Part shown: piece by piece, positions 14,350 to 24,394 of the stretch
How positions within the stretch are numbered: the stretch's first letter is position 1
Layout of the letters: every line of letters starts with the position of its first letter
Source: Eledone cirrhosa
Taxonomy: Eukaryota
Length of the DNA: 64,000 nt
Assembly: GCA_964016885.1 (NCBI GenBank)
Contig: OZ024741.1
Span: 299,398,001 to 299,462,000 of the forward strand
Direction of reading: 5' to 3'
Position numbers and translations under genes: made by a program
Notes under the pieces: generated by a model
Seen by the model: the letters and a program-made list of their open reading frames with translations, nothing else
Database searches by the model: none
Told to the model about the DNA's origin: nothing

Positions 14350-14351
<2 letters not shown>
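11864..14351 (-). CDS. PLE polyprotein: N-terminal domain, reverse transcriptase, Cys-rich linker, GIY-YIG endonuclease (start codon lost by truncation)
   Basis: Motifs PSDKG, FYHLVKTHK, IRPIVS, SLDVVALYTSVP, YKQISGLPMGSSLS, RYVDDI, LLDF, YRK, NGYP, CSLSNCP..C, VVYKIQCDKCNKFYIGST..R..EH, E. By hand translation the frame stays open upstream of the listed 13654 start (..LVTNLTGTLTNDELELLRLGPKF..) up to the (TA)n at ~14352. Confidence 0.9.
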
Positions 14352-14407
<56 letters not shown>

Positions 14408-15213
14408 TAGTGTGATTTTTGGATATATGTTTTACTGTTGGTGTATACAAAGCAATTAAAATATACAGGGCAAGGAAGAAGGAAATATATATAAACAGAT
14501 CAAAATCAAGAAAAGTATATATTCATACCCTAGACGAATAAACACGGTGAAAATAGTAACAATAATAACAAAAACGAAAAAATAGAACAAATCATTATTT
14601 TGCATCGTAACGCTATTGTTTGACATTTTTCGTACATTATTCTTTGTCCTCACCTGACCTTTACGCACTTTCTAGAAGTGATCTTAACTGTACTGAGATT
14701 TCTAAATGGATGATTCAATAAGAGCAACGTTGTTTTGCCATGAATACACTTAACTGTGTTCGATAATAATAAATTCAAGTAGCTTATTTGAGTAACAAAA
14801 AATTGTAAATGTCTAAGAGCTGCTTATACCGAAAATATGGCATGGAGACATTACTTTCAACTAGCTACATTATTCTATGGAATGCTAAACTATAATTTGA
14901 TGACAGACTAGTATGTAAAAGAATCTTTTAAACTGTTACTACTATTCCATTTGCACAATTCAAAATCCCAGGAATATAATGGTTCTCTAGATACAGAAAT
15001 CTAATGTTTTTTTTCTTTCCAAATGTTCCAGATATTCTAACACTAAATTTCAATGGTTTGAGACATATGACATATTGTACTCACAATATACTTAACAATG
15101 TCTAGACAGAAAAAAAATAAAAAACCAAAAGAAAAAGAGACGAAAATAAAAACATCGGTATTTTTAACCTAGAAATACATAATCCATATTTAACGGATGG
15201 GTTTCACTTCCAT

Positions 15214-15516
15214 GGTTGACTTTGCCTTTCATCCTTATGGGGTCGATAACATAAAGTACCAGTAATGCACTGGATAAATTTGCTGGCCTTGTGCCTAAAG
15301 TAGAAACAAGTATCTGACATAACGAAGGGGCGGTGAATTGGTGGTATCGGTAGAGAGTCGGACGCCATGCTTTGCAGCATAGTTACGTCCCTTTACTATC
15401 TGAGTTCAAATCCCGCCGAGGTTAACTTAGCCTTTCATCCTTACGTGGTCGATAAAATAAAGTACCAGTAATGTACTGTGTAATTGCTGGCCTTGTGCCA
15501 AAAGTAGAAACAATTA
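15214..15516 (+). mobile_element. Two tandem SINE copies (5'-truncated 15214-15310; full 15326-15516)
   Basis: Same core and tail (gctggccttgtgcc.aaagtagaaacaa). tgacataac flanks the second copy. Confidence 0.9.
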
Positions 15517-15985
15517 TTTGACATAACTAATTACAAATAATTTCTCCTTCGAATTCTAATTATAATAATTGTTTCTAATATTGGCACGAGCCCAGCAATG
15601 TGGTGGGATGAGAATTCAATTACTTTACCTTCGTATTTTAACGGGAGGTTGAAATTAAAATGTTGGATGGCGTAAGTAAATGTAGCTAGATATTTAGCCA
15701 ATTATAACAATAAATGTAAACATATATACTAAGCTTGAAGTCGTAATTTAATAAAAACAAATGGATGTACATCTTTAACTTAATTGTTTAAGCGTCAGTC
15801 ATACAAAAGTGAGTTACAAACGAAACGAAATTTAATTTCGTTTCGTTATTTGTTTTTATCGTCTCCGTTGAACCGGTACTTACTCACACTCTATGCAAAT
15901 TGGTCTGCCCACTACTAATTTTCATAGAAAAAGCATATAACGATATGTGCTTTTACGATTCTCTAGAGAGGCCGGAAGATAGGTA

Positions 15986-16030
15986 AATATTGCTGATGAG
16001 TTGTAACAACAACGAAACTAGTTCAATATT
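15986..16030 (+). ncRNA. Minimal type I hammerhead ribozyme motif
   Basis: aatattg-CTGATGA-gttgt aaca acaac-GAAAC-ta-GTT-caatatt. 7-bp stem I, palindromic AACTAGTT stem III. Confidence 0.8.
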
Positions 16031-16542
16031 CCTTGTCTGGCTTTCTGGAGAATAGAGGAAAGGTGTTTCCTCAAAAACCAGTATGACTCTAAAAACCGGT
16101 TTGTCTGTGTGTTTACATACAGAATAGCTGGCCACTCACAGTAAAGTGACCAGTGAAAAACTTGGTACATCTACATATGTATACGTGTGTGTATTCATAT
16201 ACATACTAGTATTTCAGTATACATATATGGATGTACATCTTTAATTTAATTGCGTAATTTAATACTTTCCTCAAAATATCTGGGTAACATACGTAATAAG
16301 GAAACACCCAGAAGGAAGTGAAACTGGTTGATCACTGCGACTTCCGCAATAAGATACAGAGGGAAGTCCTTTCTGAAATCTATGTGATTTAATCGATATT
16401 TAGTTAAATAGAAATTCTCATGAAAGGTAACTTATATTCTAGTCGCGTTAACATCTGGTATAGCCGTATCAGCTTTTCTTTTACATATAGCAAAACCAGT
16501 TTCACATATAAGAAAATAGTATCATATATATATATACATACA

Positions 16543-16602
<60 letters not shown>

Positions 16603-16669
16603 AGTTATTCCGAGTTGAATCAGAGGTAACCACAGTAAGTAAGGTACTCAATACATAGTAGAGTATAAC

Positions 16670-17005
16670 AGTTTTAATATAGAGGAGCTTCTACAGGGCT
16701 AGAACTGCTTCATTCGCGAGAAATCATTCAGGGAGCTTGGATGAGCTTCCTGATGATTTCTCACGAATGAAACAGTTCTAGTCCTGTAGAAGCTCTTCTA
16801 TACACACACACACGCACACACACACACACACACACACGCACATATATATATATATATGTGTATATAGATATAGATATATAGAAGAGCTTCTACAGGACTA
16901 GAACTGTTTCCTACGTGAGAAATCACCAGGAAGCCCATCAGAGATCCCTGAATGATTTCTCACGAATGAAACAGTTCTAGTCCTGTAGAATCTCATCTAT
17001 ATTAA

Positions 17006-17009
<4 letters not shown>
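16670..17009. repeat. Palindrome of palindromes: four ~60 bp units in alternating orientation around a microsatellite
   Basis: Unit tgatttctcacgaatgaaacagttctagtcctgtagaagctcttctata in -,+,-,+ order. Confidence 0.92.
16743..16795 (+). ncRNA. Type I hammerhead ribozyme motif (best of 4 alternating copies in 16670-17009)
   Basis: gagcttc-CTGATGA-tttc tcac gaat-GAA-acag ttctagtc ctgt-A-gaagctc. 7-bp stem I, 4-bp stem III, weak stem II with a U.U closing pair. Confidence 0.7.
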
Positions 17010-17063
<54 letters not shown>

Positions 17064-17467
17064 ACAAGTTTGGTAGAATTATCCAAGGGTAAGCGCACTC
17101 AGTCCATAGGACAAGTTAAGTGTAATAAGTTACAACAGTGATATGTACAGGTATTAACAAACGTTGGGTTGTACACCCTACACACTAAATCATTTATCCG
17201 GTTATATATTAAAATATGTCTACATCCACAGATTTTTCTGAATGATTTAATAGCCTATTTAATAGCCACGGTATGGCGAATGAATATTTGTTACATCTGT
17301 GTAGGCCAATGAGGTAGCTAGCCCTCATAGATCTTCATTTCCCTGTACGCCACAAATACAAACAACTATACAATCGCCATATAGTTAAAATAGGCTACTT
17401 TTGTACAAGTAATATAAATTATCACATCACCATCACATTGCGGATGATCATGCAGATGGTCAGAGTC

Positions 17468-17603
17468 ATGACCACTAGATCAAGTACTCTATCGGTGGTA
17501 TATGACCACTAGATGCAGTACTCTAGCGGTGGTATATGACCACTAGATCAAGTACTCTATCGGTGGTATATGACCACTAGATGCAGTACTCTAGCGGTGG
17601 TAT
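17468..17603. repeat. 34-bp minisatellite x4 in ABAB higher-order arrangement
   Basis: A=atgaccactagatcaagtactctatcggtggtat, B=atgaccactagatgcagtactctagcggtggtat. Confidence 0.95.
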
Positions 17604-18039
17604 ACCAAGCAGAAGTGACTTCCACCAACCAGAGTCACCAAACTTGACGTATGCCGGGATATCTTGCAACCGGTCCAAAAGTCAGTAACTGAACCACGAA
17701 ACAACCTTTAGTCATCCTGACAAAAACATGCCAATCAATGCATGAACCAAGTGTGTAACCTCAAAAATTGAGTATATTAGAAAAGTCTAACCCTTATCTT
17801 AATGAAACAACATTCTGCTGGTTGTGTAAATCGGAAAGGTGGAATATACTTGCACAACTGGCTTTAGAGAAAATGTTCTTTTGTACACTCTCAGGGGAAA
17901 TAGTGTAGTCGTTCAAACTAATGCTGAAAAATCTTTGATCAAATCGATGCAAAATGGTTAAATGAAGTGGAGTATAAGTTGTCCAATGAAACAAATCAAA
18001 GATTGAAAAGAATTTCAAAGGAAGACGTTCAGTAGTGAG

Positions 18040-19620
18040 TTAGGAACATGCAGATCTGGAAATCTCTGGATGGGATGTGATCCAAGGATTCCGGTTGAAA
18101 AGGCTAAGGAAACACCTAAATGATTTTGTAGTACAAGGAGAAGCCCCAAGTTGGATGGTTGAAGGAATGATAACTTTGATAATGAAAGAAAAATGGAAAG
18201 GTGTTTATTTGGATATTAAAGGCAGATTGCTTGATTGATTTGTTTAATGTCATCTTTGATGCAAAGTTGTATGATCACTTGCATTATAATGTAATAGTAT
18301 CTGTCAAAAACAAGGGGCACTGGAAACATTCCCAGGGAACCAAAGACCGTTTTGCTGTTGTCAAGGCAATCATGAGTAACTGCAGAATATTTGAATATAC
18401 TTTAAGAAAGCTTTTGATATGGTCCCACAATCTTGAGTACTGAAATATTTGAAAATATTTGGTTTAGCAAATTGTTATTAATTATTTGTTTCTACTTTAG
18501 GCACAAGGCCAGTAATTATCCAGTGCATTACTGGTACTTTATTTTATCGACCCCGTAAGGATGAAAGGCAAAGTCAACCTCGGCGGGATTTGAACTCAGA
18601 TCGTAAAGGGACGTAACTATGCTGGAAAGCATGGCGTCCGACCCTCTACCGATACTGCCAATCCACCGCCCTTATTGTTATTAATTATGGAGTCCAGTAT
18701 ACTTTTGGGGAATATTAACATCTATGCAGGAAATAAACACCTAGGTGTGGCCAATATTAGGAAAGTAATTTCGTAAGGGAGCTAAATGAGATATGAAGGA
18801 AATCTAACTAAATAGGTCAGGACTACTGCTGAAAACGAAATTGAAAAGCAAAAACTTACTTGCCGCTATTAATGCCTGGGCTGTGCCAGTTACTAGATAT
18901 AGCGCAGGCATTTTGAATGCGACAAAAGAAGAAATACAATTTGAATAGACTAACATGCAAGAACATATTTGTCAATGGTGCATTGCACCCACAAGCAAAC
19001 GCCATCAGCCTATGTACACCACAGAACATAGGAAGCTGGAAAGTGTACCTCATGAGTGTCTGTGGCATACTTGCGCTGAGGGATTAAAAAAGGTATCATG
19101 ATAATGTATGCCTACACTTCCATTGGTCCTTATACAAGTAATATTGATTTGTAACCACTGAGAAATGGTGTTTGCACAAACCAAAATAGCTCCTAGAAAA
19201 TAAGATTGAGAAATTATTGTGGTACCTTTCTGTACACTCCCGACAGATGTACGTCTTGAAAATACAAGGCCAGAGATAACTTTGATGTAGAAAGGTACTG
19301 AAGGGAAGCGTTTGTTAATCGATGTAGCTTGCCCAGGAGATCAGTACTCGAATGTCAAAGAAAATAAATGAAAACATTGTAAATATGCAGTCTTGAAAAC
19401 AGATGTCACGAGAATGGGGAATATCAAAGCAAAAGTTGTACCAAATGTGATTGGAGAATTTGGTTCCGTGACGGAAGACATACAGAAACACCTTGAAAGG
19501 ATTGGAACCAGCCCCAGCATTCGGACATTCCAGAGTACAACTATTTGGGGAACAGCAAATATCTTGCAGAAGTTACTGTTTATCTGAGGTTACGTAACTC
19601 GCTATGGTGTCAATTAAATA
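18040..19620 (+). mobile_element. Decayed R4/Dong-like non-LTR retrotransposon (RT remnant + restriction-like endonuclease) ending at (TAA)n
   Basis: Fragmentary motifs SWMVEG, KG..KHSQGTKD....KAIMSNCR, AFDMVP, AINAW.VP, GALHPQ, RP.ITL..LIDVACPGD, KY..LK..KVVP.VIG..GSV, GTANIL. (TAA)n follows at ~19660-19722. Confidence 0.72.
18486..18673 (-). mobile_element. tRNA-derived SINE (short subfamily), full length, 15-bp TSD
   Basis: A box TGGCAGTATCGG, B box GAGTTCAAATC, core GACTTTGCCTTTCATCC..GGGGTCGATAAAATAAAGTACCAGT. TSD attgttattaattat at 18471-18485 and 18674-18688. Confidence 0.93.
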
Positions 19621-19754
19621 ATCCAGTGTTAATAAGATCAACACTGTGCAAATGAATATAATAATAATATTACGAATTATAATAATAATAATGATGATAA
19701 TAATAATAATAAAGAGATTAATAATCACAAGCAAAGTAATATAAATTCACTTAC

Positions 19755-20478
19755 CGACTGTATAATTTGCTGTCTTTATTCTTTTAGCAGCACTCTCTTT
19801 GCATTTATTATACCAGTCAGTTACATAGTAATCGTATTCAAGCGACAGATCTTTGACGTTGATACGTCCATTTGGCATGATATAGGCATAGGGGCAGAAC
19901 AAGTAATAATCCTTGTATTCGTAGACATTATAGCAATTTCCGGCAGCAAACATATCAGGGTCACCTTCAACCATATTTCTAACGCTCGAATATAGAAGAA
20001 ATTCTGAATCCATCAAACTTGACGGATCGTTCTTCCAAAGTCTTGTAAGGAGATTCGCTCTACTTATGGCGACGTCTGCTTGTTTTTTGAATTTATTTAC
20101 ACCATATTGTCGCACTACACCCTTGCCGAGTTTATATGATGTACCCTTCGTGCAGTTTTTCTTATTCTTCTTATATTCCTCGACGAGACTGAGAAATTTA
20201 GAAACGATATCGTCACTTTCATGAACAGGGCCTTCAACGCCATTCACTTCACCGTTCTCTCCGTCTGAGATTCCGTACTCATTTACATCATCATCTGTTT
20301 CATTCAGGTCTAAATATTGGTAGGTGTAATAACCGTCTACCGTTGTGTTTGTGACAGACGTTTCGGTTGTAGTACTTTCAAAGGCTAGAGACATAGTTGC
20401 TCCAAACACTAACATAAGTAATGTACAAGTGCATATTAAGGACACGAAAGAAATGCGTTTCACTCCGTGCATGTACAT
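19755..20478 (-). CDS. GPR158-like: First coding exon of a GPR158/GPR179-family class C GPCR (Drosophila CG31760-like): signal peptide plus extracellular Cache-type domain
   Basis: 243-aa ORF with a hydrophobic N-terminus (FVSLICTCTLLMLVFGATMSLA). Motifs DIVSKFL..NCTKGT..LGKGVV..Y..F..QADVAISRANLLTRLWK..SEFLLYSSV..D.DMFAAGNCY..Y..FCPYAY..VKDL..EY..W match my recollection of CG31760-type receptors. Consensus donor G|GTAAGT (intron starts at 19754, phase 1). Candidate acceptor ttttaattttatgttttgtag| puts the exon start near 20585. Confidence 0.88.
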
Positions 20479-20902
20479 GGTTTTGGTTTTGTTACTCCTT
20501 TGGATTAGTTTACTGTGAATATACTTGTTTACTCTCTGGCATGGTGTTGGTAATTAAAAACTGCCGTCACTGAATATAGCATATTCTACAAAACATAAAA
20601 TTAAAAGAGTATTAGAAGTTAAAAGTCAGAGAAACTCATATTTGTTGAAACTCTATGTTTAAAATTACATACTATATCACAAAAAAATCTTTTACAGTAC
20701 GCATTAACACATCGCCAGAATGAAGTGTAATTTAATACCAATCCGCACATAACTTAAACTTACATTAACAACAATAAAGTAGAGAAATAGCTGGAAAAAT
20801 GTTCTTTCGAATAGAATATAATTTGAAATAATGCAAAAGTATAGTAGAAATGCTGGATGAAATGATATTACATATTTCTAAAATGTATTTGTTTACAGAT
20901 AA

Positions 20903-22454
20903 CACCGTGTAACAAACATTTTTTTTCTCTGTTCCTTTATTTGTGTTGCCTAGGTCCCAATTAAATAAAAAAAGTGCTATTAAACAGTTAAAATTTTGGG
21001 TTTGTAAAAATTCTAAGCTATTCACTAGAATTATTTGTATGCTGGATTTTACGTTTTATGTAAGTTTAATTTGCTTATGTTAAATGATTTTTCTTATATA
21101 TGTTTCACGTTAAATTAAAATTATAAAATAAAGAGTAATACCGAAAGAAAATTATAAAAGTGCAATAAAGTATAAAATTGTTAAAAAGTGGATTAAAGGG
21201 ATTTATTGATACTGGATTTTCGCACCCTGAATAAAGGGTAAGTTGTGTTTTAAGCACGAATTTTCATTAGTATGATTAGTGTTCTTTTATATTATTTAAA
21301 TATGTATTTCCCTTCCCAATATTTATTTTGTATTGCGTATCAAATTTATTTTGTACTTTAGGTTTCGATCATGACATTCGACTTGTAATTAAAAGTTCCT
21401 TTCATTGAACTGTACTGCAATTTGGTGCTAAATATTAATTTTTGGCAAAAAATTCTCCTTGGAAACGTCGGTGAAGGTTTCTGAAGCCTACAAGAAATAC
21501 ATCGGGATGCCAGTTGGGGACCAGGACAAGCCCTGGGCCCCTCACTACTGTTGTGAGCAATGGAAGAAGACGCTGGAAGGGTGGCTGCGAGGTGAGAAAA
21601 GGTCTCTGAAATTTTCCAGCCCACGTGTCTGGTTAGAGACACCAGAGCACGCCAAAAACTGCTTTTTTTTGGATGGTGGATGTTAGCAAGCAGCGGCAAG
21701 GAAAGAAATGCTGCTGATGTAGATTATCCAGATCTTCCATCATAAATTGCTCCAATTCCTCACTGCTCCAAATATCCCGTGCCAATGCCACCTGCTCCAG
21801 ATGAAGTCCAAGATAAGTATTCTGATGAAGAGGAGGAGATGGATGCTGAGGACTTGGTTTACCTGCCTGAGGTACCAGAAAAAGTTCCTAACTTCCCAAA
21901 CCAAAAAGAAGTCAATGACTTGGTCAGGGATATGGGTCTGACCAAGGCCAATGCAGAGCTATTCGTATCCAGGATGAAGCAGTGGAACTTGGTCAAAGCG
22001 GAAGTGCAGATGACAAGTCAGAGAAGGCGAACGACTCCACCAAGATTTGAAAGAGATAGAACGGAGGTACCAGGGCCACTACAGTGAACAAATGATGGGG
22101 GATTATATCTGGGGGCTAGTGCGGGAATGCGAGCTGGACTACACCGCAAATCCAGGAAATCCAGTCATTTCTGACGCGTATAAGTTGCTTTATAAGTGTT
22201 ATTTGTTTTTACTTGTTTGCTTTTGATAAGCTGGTTTAATAAAATAAATATGTACTCTGTTGATTTAATTATATGAACTGATATATTTAAAAGAAATGTG
22301 TTTTTCTTGAAAAATATGAAAATTTCGAAATATCAAACTTCTAACCACAAACCCAAACTCCTAATTAAATAGTAGTATGGTTTGATAATAATGGGCTATA
22401 ACAAATCAGGAAATGATACTTAGAATCGGGGAACAAGAAATATATTACACGGTG
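20903..22454 (+). mobile_element. Internally deleted Chapaev3-like (CMC) DNA transposon
   Basis: TIRs CACCGTGTAA (20903) / TTACACGGTG (22454), TAA on both sides. Transposase remnants PVGDQDKPWAPHYCC..W..PRVW..H..CFF, NQKEVNDLVRDMGLTK..AEL..SRMKQWNL, QDLKEIERRYQG....MMGDYIW. The superfamily name is from memory. Confidence 0.8.
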
Positions 22455-24107
22455 TAATCTTTGGTAGATTGAGCGAGAGTTAGTATCTTTTATCTGGACA
22501 GTCTTTTTCATATTTCAGGAGTAAAAAATCTAACCTGAACCCTAAGTAAACATAAATAAACGTTAATAGAAGTATCAGACATAGAGCGAGGTATCTGACA
22601 GTATTAATGATAATAGACTCCATTATTAAAATTGTTCACTAAAGTGAAAGTATTTCTTTTAAAAAATCAAAATAAAGAGTCTCTGCATCGACAGAAAAAT
22701 ACTTGCTTCTATAGGTAAATTATTATTGTAATGAAACTTGCAACAACTCATTGAAACTGCACACGTTTTACTGAAACATTTGCACATTTATCATGAAATG
22801 GAAACATAATATAATTAAATGTAGAACGTTTCTATTTCTTGGATTCCGGAAACAGATAGCTAATCAAATATCAAGATATGTTAAAGTGCAAAAATTAATA
22901 TAATATAATAAATGACGAGAATCAATGCTTTGTTGTAATATATTTATGAAACTATATTTCATGATTTACGAACTAAAAATAATTAGATGCGGTTCATCAC
23001 ACGAACGCTTGAGTATATTATTTCTGACATTTGAGAACCGGTATAATCAAGGGTTTATAAAATTTAATTATACTCTACATAATATATTGCTATTAAACAC
23101 AAAGTCACTAGACTTATATTGAAGTATTCTGCAAATTTTACGACTACAGTAAATTTATCAGAAACCTTCAACAACGATATGGTAAACAATAAAAACCCAA
23201 TTAAATTTATTTCTTATTGAAAGATAATGAAGAAAAGTTTATTCAATAAGGAGTGTTGTAAAGCAATTCTCAGTCATTAATAAAAGTTACGTTCAATTTG
23301 AAATAGTTCAACTAGTCAAAGAAATTACATATAGTATGTCCAGCCGCAGAAACAGATTCGACTGAAATAACAAGTAAAACAGAAATAACAACATACATTT
23401 GTATATTATGAAATTCAACATTGTGTGAACAGTTGCGGATATATTAATCTTCATCATGGTCAGTAAAATAGAAGTGACCCTCATTACAAAAGAAATTAAA
23501 AGCAAAAAGGTAAAAGAGAACTGGTAAATAATATGTCTACTAAATAAATGTTTCTGCATTTTGCGGCTCAGAAATCATTTAAAAGATTTTTTTTTTATCT
23601 CTCAATAAATTATTTAGTATTATTACTTCTTGTATTGTACGAATGGTTGTATTATGTCTGGTCTCTTAGTTCAAGGAAAGAATATAGATTTCCAATTTTG
23701 TTGTTCCGAATTTAACTTGCGCTATAACAAGAAAGCGAGATATGCAGGCATAATTTGAACCTATATGCATAAAAGTTTACCTATATGATATTTTCATAAA
23801 ATTATCTCAAGTGAATGTTTTAATTTTTATAGTGTTTTTGTAACTGCGTTAAGATTTATTGTAATTAGGTATATATTTGGGAAATACCATATGTTAAATC
23901 TACCAATCAAACCATTATCCGATTTATTTCTTTTCCTCTGATATTTTCCGAACAAGATCAACTCTAAGGTACAGTACGTGAGAATGCAATTAAAATGATG
24001 AGCACCATTAGATACATATTTACCTATTATTAAGCTACTGTATAAATGTTCGCCCGTTCCAAATTAAGAATATTGTCGAGCAATTATTATCTATCTATCT
24101 ATCTATG

Positions 24108-24297
24108 AAGGGCGGTGGATTGGCAGTATCAGTAGAGGGTCGGACGCCATGCTTTCCAGCATAGTTACGTCCCTTTACGATCTGAGTTCAAATTCCGCCG
24201 AGGTTGACTTTGCCTTTCATCTGCACGGGGTCGATAAAATAAAGTACCAGTAATGCACTGGGTTTTTGCTGGCCTTGTGCCTAAAGTAGAAACAATT
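24108..24297 (+). mobile_element. tRNA-derived SINE (short subfamily), full length, in (TATC)n
   Basis: Near-identical to the 18486 copy. Flanked by attatctatctatct on both sides. Confidence 0.93.
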
Positions 24298-24323
24298 ATC
24301 TATCTATCTATCTATCTAACTAT

Positions 24324-24361
<38 letters not shown>

Positions 24362-24394
24362 TCATTGATAATCATATATATATATCTATCTATC

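Larger units (their letters stand above)
11071..14351 (-). mobile_element. Penelope-like retroelement (RT + C-terminal GIY-YIG), 5'-truncated, inserted between (TA)n tracts
   Basis: Contains the PLE ORF and a ~790 bp 3' region. (TA)n lies at both junctions (~11055-11070 and 14352-14403). GC content is higher than the flanks. Confidence 0.92.

Noticed and set aside
11864-14351. Selenocysteine (in-frame TGA) or N-terminal GIY-YIG as in Naiad/Chlamys PLEs
   Set aside because: No in-frame stop was found by hand translation, and the endonuclease is C-terminal.
15326-15430. tRNA genes
   Set aside because: The A/B boxes belong to SINE heads. There is no cloverleaf, and each is followed by the SINE core and tail.
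17468-17603. CRISPR-like array
   Set aside because: The repeats are contiguous with no unique spacers, there are no cas genes, and the context is eukaryotic.
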